From IMG/VR virus record IMGVR_UViG_3300027782_000041: a DNA stretch of 64,000 nucleotides, one strand, 5' to 3'. The stretch is from an uncultured virus (IMG/VR IMGVR_UViG_3300027782_000041) (Duplodnaviria > Heunggongvirae > Uroviricota > Caudoviricetes). The notes below the pieces were generated by a model. It was given only the letters and a program-made list of their open reading frames with translations, made no database searches and was not told the DNA's origin. Below, one piece after another: positions 47,172 to 58,700 of the stretch. The position numbers and the translations under genes are program-made. Position 1 is the first letter of the stretch, and the number at the start of each line of letters is the position of its first letter.

Positions 47172-48875
47172 ATGGCAGAATTTACATTTACCAGCAGTGA
47201 CGGCAAACCATTCAGTATAAAAGGCCCTCAAGGTTTCACAAGAGAGCAAGCTGAATCTGCATTTCGAAAACAAGATGCCACAGGCGCACTAGTAGGATTC
47301 AAACCAGGCGAAAGCCTTTCTGCTGCAACACAAGCTGCTGATGGGTTAGCTTCGGCCCAGGGCCTAGTGGCACAAGCGCAGTCAGGTATAACTGGCGGCC
47401 TTAATGTAGGAAATTTTGCATCTGGGTTATCAGGTGCCGGGATAGATCTTGCGACTGGGCGCATACCATCAGTTGATGCAGCATTTGCTCAAGGCGGTGT
47501 CAGTGGCGGAGCTGGTGCGTTCAGCAGTGTACTAGGTAGTGTGGCTGGTGGCCTAGGAGCTGCCGGCGGCGCCCTTGGAGGATCGCTGTCTGGCATTGCT
47601 GCAGGACTCACAGCAGCTGTGGGCCCAGCAGTGACTTCTGTGTCTGGTGCCGGTACTGCACTAGTGAGAGCGGCCAGCATACAAGGATCAACCGCAGCCA
47701 AGAGCATTGAAACTATCAACCGGAACATAACACAGTTTCCAGTAACCAGTCCTATCAACACCGCAGACTTTACCAAAATTGCCGGCGGCCTCAATCCTGC
47801 GGGTGCCCTAGCAGGTCTAGGACCCATGAGCATACCCGAAGTCAACGGGGTACTAGCACAGGCCAAAAATCTAGTGGGCCAGGCCAGTTCAGTCTTGAGC
47901 AATACCAAAGGTCTTGGATCATTTGGATTTGACGCTGGTCAATTAGAAACAGCCGGTTATGTAAAGCCTGGTACAAAAGCATTGTTGGCAGCAGGCGCCA
48001 GCACATTTAGTGACGTCGTTAAAAGCCCAGCAGTCTGGACCGGCAAAGATGGAATCAAAAGCGCAACAGATCTGTTGGCCAACGCACCCAAACAAAGTCA
48101 AATTCAACAGGATCTTATGGCCAAGGGTGTGGCTGGCTTGGCCGCAGTTGGTATACCGGTTAAAAATTTAAGCAGTCAAGGACTTGCTGGCATGGCGCTG
48201 AATGCAGCCAAAGACTTACCCAGTGCTGAAGCATTTGCAAAAGGTCTTCCCATTCCTGGAGATGCAACAGGTGCAGTACAAGCAGAATTTTCAAGTGCGG
48301 TGCGTGATGGAGCATTTGCTGTGAACTTGGTACAGGCCAAGATTCCCGCTGAATTCAAACAAGAAGCCATACCAGAGCCAGCATCTAACACCGTAGATCG
48401 TTCCACATTAAACGCTGCAAGTTCTCGAGTTATTGGGGATGAAAAAGTTCCTGCACCCAATTATGGTCCAAGGGTTGTGGCTGAAAACCAAGCTAATGGC
48501 GAATTGTTTGTGAACAAAGCAACAACGTTGACCAATCAATACATTAATCCTGCTGGCCGGACCTACCAGGCAATAGATTCTAAATTGTCTGCACTAGAAA
48601 ACCAACAATCAATTACTTCCACGGCATGGGAGGCAATTAATAATGAATTCCAACAGGCCAAGACAGCATACGACTCTGGCGGTCCTACGTTGGCTGCCGA
48701 AGTATTCTCTTTGTATGATCGATTGTCTCCGGCACAACAACAAGTCATATTCGGGCCCTATGCCCCGGCAAAAATAAATGGACTAATCACATATATTACT
48801 TCACAGTCAACACAGATCAAGGATAGATTATATCAATTGAGTTTAAAAATTGAAGGTCCCAGGAACAGCGCCTAA
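47172..48875 (+). CDS. Baseplate-associated protein with a possible degenerate lysozyme-like domain
   Basis: GLGSFGF...QLETAGYVKPG...WTGKDGIKS...LL.N...Q segment after a Gly/Ala-rich region. Lies between gp5 and gp25. Confidence 0.45.
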   Translation: MAEFTFTSSDGKPFSIKGPQGFTREQAESAFRKQDATGALVGFKPGESLSAATQAADGLASAQGLVAQAQSGITGGLNVGNFASGLSGAGIDLATGRIPSVDAAFAQGGVSGGAGAFSSVLGSVAGGLGAAGGALGGSLSGIAAGLTAAVGPAVTSVSGAGTALVRAASIQGSTAAKSIETINRNITQFPVTSPINTADFTKIAGGLNPAGALAGLGPMSIPEVNGVLAQAKNLVGQASSVLSNTKGLGSFGFDAGQLETAGYVKPGTKALLAAGASTFSDVVKSPAVWTGKDGIKSATDLLANAPKQSQIQQDLMAKGVAGLAAVGIPVKNLSSQGLAGMALNAAKDLPSAEAFAKGLPIPGDATGAVQAEFSSAVRDGAFAVNLVQAKIPAEFKQEAIPEPASNTVDRSTLNAASSRVIGDEKVPAPNYGPRVVAENQANGELFVNKATTLTNQYINPAGRTYQAIDSKLSALENQQSITSTAWEAINNEFQQAKTAYDSGGPTLAAEVFSLYDRLSPAQQQVIFGPYAPAKINGLITYITSQSTQIKDRLYQLSLKIEGPRNSA

Positions 48876-48881
48876 AAACGC

Positions 48882-48889
48882 TATAAATA
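48882..48889 (+). promoter_or_regulatory. T4-type late promoter TATAAATA upstream of gp25
   Basis: Exact consensus 4 nt before ATG 48894. Confidence 0.75.
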
Positions 48890-48893
48890 TCAT

Positions 48894-49271
48894 ATGGCAC
48901 AAAGATTCATTGGATTTAACACACAGAACCAATTTAAAAAATTCACACTAACGGATTTTGAATTGGTCAAACGCGATCTGTTGAATGCGTTTAATATACG
49001 GCAAGGACAACTACCCGGGCGACCAGGATACGGCACTGTGCTATGGGACTACCTGTTTGAGCCACAACTGGAAGAATTGCAACAGGCCATCGAAGCAGAA
49101 GTTCAGCGAGTGGCCGGCGGCGACCCTAGACTCTACATCAGCGACATCCAAACATTTCCCCAGAACAACGGTATTTTGATACAGATAGAACTAACTGTGG
49201 TTCCCAGCACCGATGCTGAACGCTTGAGTATATTCTTTGATCTACAACAACGCAATGCCACCTATGTATAA
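48894..49271 (+). CDS. gp25: Baseplate wedge subunit (T4 gp25-like)
   Basis: LVKRDLLN.F..R.G...RPGYGT..WDYLFEP...DPRL motif. Confidence 0.9.
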   Translation: MAQRFIGFNTQNQFKKFTLTDFELVKRDLLNAFNIRQGQLPGRPGYGTVLWDYLFEPQLEELQQAIEAEVQRVAGGDPRLYISDIQTFPQNNGILIQIELTVVPSTDAERLSIFFDLQQRNATYV

Positions 49272-49319
49272 CTGAGCCGTTTTTATTGCCCATAAATAAA
49301 GTACTGAGGCACTAACAAC

Positions 49320-52300
49320 ATGGCAACCACCACAAGACAAACCGCAATATTTGGAGTTGAAGACTGGAAACAGATCTATCAAACCTATCGCGAAGCCGAC
49401 TTCCAGAGTTATGATTTTGAAACTCTGCGCAAGAGCTTTATCGACTATTTGCGTTTGTACTACCCTGAAACATTCAACGACTTTATTGAATCGTCAGAAT
49501 ACATTGCCTTGTTGGATGTGATGGCATTTATGGGCCAGGCCCTGGCCTTTCGATCAGACCTTAACACACGTGAAAACTACATGGACACGGCAGAGCGTCG
49601 TGACAGTGTGGTTCGCTTGGCCAACTTGGTCAGCTACACTGCCAAACGCAACACAGCCGCCCAGGGCTTACTCAAAGTTTTTTCAATAACCACAACAGAA
49701 AATGTAATTGACTATCAAGGTGTTAACCTATCCAATGTCACCGTGAACTGGGCTGATCCCACCAATCCCGATTGGCAAGAACAGTTTACTACCATTATCA
49801 ATGCCAGTTTGGTCAACACTCAACGAGTGGGACGCCCTGGAAACCGCCAGACTATCCTGGGTGTAAGAACAGACGAATATGGAATCAACTTGGTACCTGG
49901 ATTTTTGCCTATTGTACCTTATACAGCCACGGTAGACGGAATAACCATGCCGTTTGAAGCCATGACATCCACCTCAGTGGGTGCAGATTATTTGTATGAA
50001 CCGAGCCCACGAGCCAACCAACCATTCAATGTGTTGTTCCGCAATGATCAACTGGGATTTCAGTCGGCCAACACCGGCTACTTTTTTATGTTCAAACAAG
50101 GCGTACTTCAGAATCAAGATTTTAACTTGGCTGAAAAAGTCAGCAATCGCACTGTAAACATCAACATTGAGGGGGTCAACAACGAAGACCGTTGGTTGTA
50201 CCAACTGGACAATGTGGGCAATATCAATCGCGAATGGGAATACACAGAAAACATCTATGCAGCAGCAGCCGAACAAGTTGGTACCAGCCTGCGACCCATC
50301 TATACAGTGACATCACGCACCAATGATCAGATCACCATGGTGTTCGGTGACGGTGTGTTTTCAGAAATTCCAGTGGGCACATTCCGTGCCTATGTTCGTG
50401 CATCAAACGGATTGCAATACATTATCAATCCTGAAGAAATGCAGAGTGTGACTATTCCCATCAGTTACATCAGTCGTAACGGCAATCTTGAGACCATCAC
50501 ATTCACCTGCGGTATCACAAGACCTGTGAGCAATAGCCAGGCACGTGAGACCATTGATCAAATCAAACAACGTGCGCCTGCACAGTACTACACACAAAAC
50601 CGCATGGTCAACGGCGAAGACTACAATCTCTTTCCGTACACACAATACAATTCAATTGTAAAGAGCAAGGCATTGAACCGTGCGTCAATTGGTACCAGTC
50701 GTTATCTTGACTTGGTGGACAACACCGGCAAGTATTCCAGCACCAACAGTTTTGGTGCCGATGGTGGATTGTGGGAACAAAACATTCTTCCCACTATCTT
50801 GTTTTCCTACACCAATCGAAATGAAATAGCAGACGTGATTGCCAACCAGGTACAACCTGGCCTGGCTGAAACTACCATGAAGCAGTTTTACTATGCTAAC
50901 TTTCCCAGAGTCACTGAGTCCACCTTGCCCACATATGGTGCAACAACCTGGGTTCCGGGTGCCACCTGGAATCAAAGTACCACTCTAGCCAATGAAACCA
51001 CAGGATACTTTAGAAATGCAGTGACATCGGCCACTTGGCCTAACGGAACTCCAATCCCAGTGGGATTTACTACCACTACCGATTTTAAATATGTGGCAGT
51101 GGGCAGTTTGATAAAATTTGTACCACCTGTTGGTTACTACTTTGATGCCAACAATAGACTCAAGTCTGGCACGCCTAGTCGCGCAGATGAGACATTAGAA
51201 ATCTGGGCCAGTCCTTTGAGCATACAAGGCACAGGATACAACAATGGACTGGGAAATCTCAGTTCAGGCGCAGGTCCAATTACACTGAATAATTTTATAC
51301 CAACTGGTGCCCTGGTAGACACCATTGTGCCGTTGTTTGTGTCAGACTTGCCACTGGCACTGGAACAGGCCATGGCAGAACAAATTTTGCTCAATCGTAA
51401 TTTTGGCATTGGCTACGACAACAACGGTGATATTACTGGCGTGCCATATTCTTGGTACTTGATTACCAGCACCAATCTAGCCGCTAACAGCACATTCAGT
51501 CAGACCAATGCAGGATCCAATACTGGCACAAATCAAGATGCATCATGGTTGATTCAGTTTGTGGTTCAAAATCAAAATTACACAATCACTTTCCGTGGCT
51601 TGGCCTATTACTTTGGCTCAGTGCTGAGCACACGCTTTTTCTTCTATGATGGATCGCAAATTTACGATTCACGAACTGGCACAGTGATCAAGGACTATAT
51701 CAATGTGCTGGCGGTAAACACTAGACCTGACTCTACGGATCATTTGTCCGGAGATATTGTTATGACCATTACTGGACAGCCAGTTGAATCAGACGGCTAT
51801 GTAGACGATTTCCAAGTGCTGGTCAGCTATCGTGACAGCGACAATGACGGAGTACCTGACAACCCTGATTTCTTTGATGAAATTGTTGCTCCTTCTATAG
51901 ACCCCACACAAAAGTACATATACCTACAAAAAACTGTGGACTTTGATAACCTACAACGTTACTTGTTGGTAGCCCAAGGCGAAGTCATCAGCGACTATGC
52001 CACTCTAGATGATATTGAGTTGGTCAAGACTGAGTGGACTCCAGGACAGGTGTTCTATGCTTATACAGACGAAGAATTTTATCAGCTGAGTGTGGGAGCC
52101 ACAGGACTACGAACCTTGGTTGATGTTAGTACAGAGTGGCTGGCCAAAACAGGACGTCAAGACTTGTACTTTCAGTATCGACACAATGCACCATTGACCA
52201 CACGTATTGATCCGGGTACCACTAACATTATTGATTTATATGTGGTCACATTGTCCTATTATACTGCCTATCAAAATTGGATTCAAGATACCACAGGCAC

Positions 52301-52796
52301 TGTGGTCGAACCTGACATGCCCAGCCTTGATGAATTAACAACCACTTATCAAGGCCTACAAAATTTCAAGATGCTGAGTGATAATATTATTTTGAATAGT
52401 GTGATATTCAAACCCCTGTTTGGACAAAAAGCCGCAGCAGAATTACGTGCCACCATCAAGGTAATCAGAGCCAGCAATTCCACAGCAAGCACAAGCGAAA
52501 TTAAAAGTGCTGTGGTTGCCGCAATGAACACATATTTCAGTATTGATAAATGGAACTTTGGTGACACTTTCTACTTCAGTGAACTTGCAGCCTACTTACA
52601 TAGTGAACTAGGATCAATTATTAGTTCAGTGGTATTGGTGCCATTGAACTCACAAAAATACTTTGGAGACTTGTACGAGATACGGTCAGAACCAAATGAG
52701 ATATTTGCTAATGGTGCCACCATCAATAACATTGAAGTGATTGAAGCATTGACTAGTACCAACTTGCGTACTGCCCCCGGTAGTGGAGTAATTTAA
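49320..52796 (+). CDS. gp6: Baseplate wedge protein (T4 gp6-like)
   Basis: YDFETLR, NDFIESS, ENYMDTAERRDSV.RLA..VSY, FGDG.F, ETIDQIKQRAP..YYTQNRMV..EDY motifs. TAAATA at 49293-49298. Confidence 0.9.
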   Translation: MATTTRQTAIFGVEDWKQIYQTYREADFQSYDFETLRKSFIDYLRLYYPETFNDFIESSEYIALLDVMAFMGQALAFRSDLNTRENYMDTAERRDSVVRLANLVSYTAKRNTAAQGLLKVFSITTTENVIDYQGVNLSNVTVNWADPTNPDWQEQFTTIINASLVNTQRVGRPGNRQTILGVRTDEYGINLVPGFLPIVPYTATVDGITMPFEAMTSTSVGADYLYEPSPRANQPFNVLFRNDQLGFQSANTGYFFMFKQGVLQNQDFNLAEKVSNRTVNINIEGVNNEDRWLYQLDNVGNINREWEYTENIYAAAAEQVGTSLRPIYTVTSRTNDQITMVFGDGVFSEIPVGTFRAYVRASNGLQYIINPEEMQSVTIPISYISRNGNLETITFTCGITRPVSNSQARETIDQIKQRAPAQYYTQNRMVNGEDYNLFPYTQYNSIVKSKALNRASIGTSRYLDLVDNTGKYSSTNSFGADGGLWEQNILPTILFSYTNRNEIADVIANQVQPGLAETTMKQFYYANFPRVTESTLPTYGATTWVPGATWNQSTTLANETTGYFRNAVTSATWPNGTPIPVGFTTTTDFKYVAVGSLIKFVPPVGYYFDANNRLKSGTPSRADETLEIWASPLSIQGTGYNNGLGNLSSGAGPITLNNFIPTGALVDTIVPLFVSDLPLALEQAMAEQILLNRNFGIGYDNNGDITGVPYSWYLITSTNLAANSTFSQTNAGSNTGTNQDASWLIQFVVQNQNYTITFRGLAYYFGSVLSTRFFFYDGSQIYDSRTGTVIKDYINVLAVNTRPDSTDHLSGDIVMTITGQPVESDGYVDDFQVLVSYRDSDNDGVPDNPDFFDEIVAPSIDPTQKYIYLQKTVDFDNLQRYLLVAQGEVISDYATLDDIELVKTEWTPGQVFYAYTDEEFYQLSVGATGLRTLVDVSTEWLAKTGRQDLYFQYRHNAPLTTRIDPGTTNIIDLYVVTLSYYTAYQNWIQDTTGTVVEPDMPSLDELTTTYQGLQNFKMLSDNIILNSVIFKPLFGQKAAAELRATIKVIRASNSTASTSEIKSAVVAAMNTYFSIDKWNFGDTFYFSELAAYLHSELGSIISSVVLVPLNSQKYFGDLYEIRSEPNEIFANGATINNIEVIEALTSTNLRTAPGSGVI

Positions 52797-55700
52797 TGGC
52801 AACAGTTCGTAGTGTAGATTTTCTTCCTGAAATTTTTCAGACTGATGCTAACAAACAATTCTTGGCTGCCACACTTGATCAACTGATTCAAGAACCTAAC
52901 TTTAGAAAAACACAAGGATTCATTGGTCGCTCGGTGGGCCCAGGTGTTGACCCCAACGACAAGTATGTGGTCGAACCCACAGCGACCAGAGCCAACTATC
53001 AATTGGAACCGGGTGTGGTCAGTCTCATACCTGAGACCAGTCAGATTCGAGATGCAATCACTTATCCAGGACTAAATGATGCCATTGGATTTCAAGGTGG
53101 TAATGCCAATCGCCCAGATCGATTGTACTCAAGTGAATATTACACATGGGATCCATTTGTAGATTTTGATGCGTTTGTGAATTTTTCACAATATTTTTGG
53201 GTACCAGGCGGCCCTGACACTGTGGATGTGGCCGCAACTGGCGTGTCTACGTCTGATAATTTTGTGGTCACTAGGGCCAATGGCGTTTATACTTTTTCCG
53301 GAGTCAACGGTGATAACCCTATTATTGAACTAGTACGTGGTGGCAACTACACTTTTCAAGTGGCCCAGAACGAAACTGAAACTGTCAACTATCGAGTGAG
53401 AAATTCAGGCACGTCGGCCTATGTGATTGATTTTCAAAACAATCCTAGTCTAACATTGGCTCGAGGCAACACCTATGTGTTTAACTTGACACTGGATGGG
53501 TTGTTCCCGTTTTGGATTAAGACTCAACCTACCACCGGTACTGGAGAAACATACACCCAAGGTGTCAGCCGCAATGGTGCAGTGACTGGCCTGGTAACAT
53601 TTACAGTGCCGCAAGATGCACCCGACACCTTGTACTATGCCGCACAAAATCAAGCCAGCATGCAAGGCACATTGAATATTGTGGATGGCACCCCGGGAAC
53701 AGGACCTGGATTCTGGATTCAAACAACTCCCGGAGTGTCAGGTACTGTCACTGCTACACCTAACATATCCAGTAGAGATGTACTGGGCGTGACCAACAAC
53801 GGCGAAGATTTGGGTACCCTGGTTTTCAATGTACCCGCTAAAGATGCACAGAGTTTTTACTACAACTTGACCAGTATTGGCACAATTGATTTGGTGACAG
53901 ACATGCAGTTTGCACAAATCAACAATCAACCAGTCAGCGAATTCATCAGTCAATACAATGGCATTGACGGAATTACAAATCTTGACGGGCGCACTTTGGT
54001 TTTTACCAACCCCATTGACGATACTGAAGCAGGCGGATGGTATCGTACCAGTTTCTTTGATCCACTCTTAGATGATGCATCCAACGTGGGCGTGGCCGGC
54101 AGCTACGACAGCGTGCCTTATGATTATACTATTGATATTGCACCCGATCAACGCTATCAAAAGTATCAAATCAGCTACGTAAATATTGCAGGCACCGTGT
54201 ACATACAGGTGAACAAGATAGCTGATATTGCATCGTTGGAAAAATTTGTCATTGGTTATGGACAAACCTACAGCAACACTCAATGGTACAAGGACGCCAC
54301 CGGCGAGTTCCAGCGTATTCCACTGTTGTCCGCAGTACAAGATACCTTGTACTATCAAGATGGCACAGATCCAGAAATATTTGGACGTATCAAGCTAATA
54401 GAGCAAACACAAACCAACATTATCTATGTGGATGAAGTTCTAGGGCGCAAAACCTATACCAGTCCCAATGGCGTGGCATTCAGTAACGGACTGAGAGTTC
54501 GTTTTACAGGTGATGTATCGCCTGCCAGTTATGGTTCTGGTTCATCTGCATTTGAATACACAGCAACCGAAGCCGGCACAAACTACATTACCTACAACAA
54601 TTCCACAGACTTATACGTGGGACAACAGGTGGTATTCTCTTCACCATCCTTGGGAGGACTCAATGCAGGCCAAACCTATTATGTAAGGTCAATTGCGGCC
54701 AACGGCCTCAAATTCACAGTGAGTGCTGCCGACGGCGGCCCTGCTGTGGTGTTGGCAAACGGTACAGGAGTGGCCGCGGCCACAGCAATCAGCAGTAGAG
54801 AATACTATGTGAGTGGAGTGGGCACTGCAATTGAACTACTACCTGCTGTGAATTATGTTGTACCTGAACTGTACGTAGAAGACGCAGACGACAGCACAAT
54901 ATCCACAGAACCTGGCCAACCAGATTATTTGACTATTGATCGCGCCAGCAAAGATTTAAATGCCTGGACTAGAAGCAATCGCTGGTTCCATATTGACGTG
55001 CTCAATGCCACAGCTGATTACAACAATACCACTGCGGTGCTGGACAACAACTACCGAGCCAAGCGACCTATTGTGCAGTTTAGGCCTGGCATGCGCCTGT
55101 GGAATATGGGCACATCAGGCAAAGCACCAGTTGACATCATTGACTTTGAAGAAACAGATGCTTTTAGTAATATTGAAGGTTCCACCAGCTACACTACTGA
55201 TGGTTACACCTTTGTAGAAGGCACACGAGTTATTTTTGCAGCAGACGAAGATACTTCTGTGCGCAACAGAATCTATATTGTGAGCTTTGTCACCCCAGAT
55301 ACTATTGCTCCCTTGATACCACAACCTATTATTACTCTTACCCAGGCCAGTGACGGGCTGGTTTTACTAGACCAATCCACAGTGTGTATCAGTGGTACCA
55401 GCATTGCTGGAAAAACATTTTGGTACAACGGAATTGAATGGACAGAAGCCCAGCAAAAAACTTCAGTACAACAAGCTCCGTTGTTCAATATCTACAATCC
55501 CGATGGTGTGAGTTTTGGAGATGGCACACAGTATCAATCAACCACATTTGCAGGATCAAAACTGTTTAGTTACGCAATAAGCGACACAACCATTCTTGAT
55601 CCAGTGTTACAGTTCCCTCTCAAGTACTTGAACATCAACAACGTTGGTGACATTGTGTTTGACAACAACTTGTATGTTGACACATTCTTGTATGTGGTTG

Positions 55701-58700
55701 ACAACGTGAGTATTACATCAGACATCAGTTCAGGATCTGTGAGAGAATACGCCACTCGAACTGATTATCAAAAGTTGATAGGGTGGCAAACGGCTGCAGT
55801 AGACCAACAGCTTTATCAGCAGTTTAAATTTTCATACACAGGCGCCACACTCAAACTAGATGTGGCCGCGGTAGCTCAGACATCGTTGGCTATACCAGTG
55901 ATTAAAATATATGTAGGAAGTGTTTTTATAGATCCTGGCTCATACACCTATACCACCACCGCTGACAGTACTGTTATAACCTTACTCAATACCTATGCTC
56001 TGACAGATATCGTGGAAGTACTAGTGCTGAGCGACCAAACTAGTAAAGTTGCATTTTATCAGGTGCCTGACAACTTGCAAAGCAACCCATTGAACTCTAA
56101 TTCACAACAGTTTACCTTGGGAACTATCCGCACTCATTATCAAAGTATATGTGAAAATCTGCAGACTCTCCAAGGTCCAGTAAACGGTGCCAACAACACA
56201 CGAGATCTTGGCAACATAATTCCTTACGGTCTGGTGATCTTACAACAAAGTAGTCCATTGACTCTAGCCGGCTACTTCATGCGCAGTACTGATTACAATA
56301 TTTTTGCGTCAATGCAATACAACAGTCGCGAGTACATTAAATTCAAAGCACAAATGTTGGATTCAGTACTGACACAAAACATTGGATTTAACACCACAGC
56401 ACAAGTGCTCGACACCGCCATACAAAATGTAACCTTGGGCAAACTAGATAGCCAACCATTTTATTGGAGTGACATGATACCTGCTGGCATCACCTATGCC
56501 AGCACCCCCTACACTGTGGGTTTTATCACAACCAATGTATTTGATACTGTGCAGGTGTATGATTTTAATACTCAAAATTATCTTGGTCTTTTGGTGTATC
56601 TCAATGATCAACAGTTGACCCGGGACGTGGACTACACCGTGGCCACCGACGGCCCACGTATCACTGTGTTGGCACCACTGGCAGTGGGAGACGTGCTACT
56701 GGTCAATGAATACAACGCTACCTATGGAAATTTTGTACCAAATACACCCACTAAAGTAGGATTGTATCCTTCTTGGAAACCAGCGTTGATAACTCAGGTT
56801 ACCAGCAACGGCAACGCACAATTTGTGCTGGGTCACGACGGCAGTACCACTCCTGTGTTTGGCGACATTCGTGATGATGTGTTACTGGAATTTGAAACAC
56901 GTATCTACAACAATCTCAAACTGGATGACAACCCAGTACCACTTACCATAGACGATGTGTTGCCTGGGCAGTTCCGCGACACAGGATACACATTTGAAGA
57001 AATCAACACCATCTTCAGCAGTGACTTCTTGGCCTATTGTGGCTGGAACAAACTGGACTACAATCAACAAAATTATTTGGCCAACAATGAATTTACTTAC
57101 AACTACAGTAGCAGTAACAATCGTCTTAACAATCAACCGCTGTTGGGTGCCTGGCGCGGAATCTATCGATATTTTTACGACACAGAACAACCCAGTTTGA
57201 CACCATGGCAAATGTTAGGATTGACCAAAGAACCTGATTGGTGGCAAGACACATACGGCCCAGCTCCTTATACTTCTGACAACTTGGTGTTATGGGACGA
57301 TCTAGAAGCTGGTCTTGTGGCGGATCCTGTTGCATCATACACAGTACCAAAGTATGCACGACCAGGCCTGACTTCGGTGATCCCCACGGACAGTGAAGGT
57401 ACTTTGTTGAGCCCGCTGGAATGTGTGGTAGGGGTTACCCCCTTGAATACCAGTTTCAACAATAAATTTTCTAAGAGTTGGGCACTGGGAGATGGCGGAC
57501 CAGTAGAAGCATCTTGGTACAACAGTTCGTCATATCCATTCTCTGTGATGCATGTGCTGGCAGTCACACGCCCTGCAAAGTTTTTTGCGTTGTTTGCTGA
57601 TCGTGACAGATATCGATACAACTTGGACTATGATCAATATCTACTGGATGATCGTTATCGGTTGGATGCCAACGGCGTTGAAGTCTACGGTAACGGTGTC
57701 AGCAAAGCCAGCTATATCAACTGGATTGTGGATTACAATCGTCAAACCGGCATTGATTCAACTGACTTGTTGACTGCAGATCTACAGAACTTGGACGTGC
57801 GATTGTGCTATCGTATGGCAGCATTCTCTGACAAACAATATATCAAATTGTTTACAGAAAAATCCAGCCCTAATTCAACCAACACTGCCTTGATGATTCC
57901 TGATCAAAGCTATGACATTTTGTTGTACAAGAACCAACCGTTTGATCAGGTAAGATACAGTAGTGTGGCTGTGCAAAAAGTTGACAACGGCTATGCTGTT
58001 TTTGGATTTGGTAATCAACAACCCTACTTTAACATATTGCAAAGTCAAGCAGTGGGACGACTTGCAACCTATAGTTCAGGTGGCATAACCGTGCGTATTC
58101 CCACTTTCTATACCAACACTGTGGTACAAGTTCCATATGGATTTGTATTCAACAACGAAACGGCTGTGTGCGATTTCTTGGCCAGTTACGGTGAACTGTT
58201 AAGCACACAAGGCCTGACATTTACTAACATTGCCAATGGGTATGTGTTGGATTGGCCACGCATGATTAATGAATTTTTGTATTGGAGTCAACAAGGTTGG
58301 GGCACAGATGCAATTATAAATCTAAACCCACTGGCTGCTCGACTAGAAATTTCTAGACCTCTAGCAGTGGTTGACAGCATCAACACTGAAACCACAGAGA
58401 ATCTATTGTTGAATCAAAATTCACAAGAGATACCACCACGAGCACTCAATATAGTACGATTAGGTAACGATTTCTCCATTGAACCGTTAAACCTGGATGC
58501 TATCAGTTATGTTGACATGAGATTTACCAACTACGAACACATGATTGTGTTGAACAATCAAAGTGTGTTTGGAGACTTAATCTATGACCCCACAACAGGC
58601 GCACGACAAAGTAGATTGAGCATGGTGGCCATGACCACTGCTGACTGGAACGGGTCAGTCGACGCACCTGGATTTATCTTGAATCAAAATAACGTTCAAG

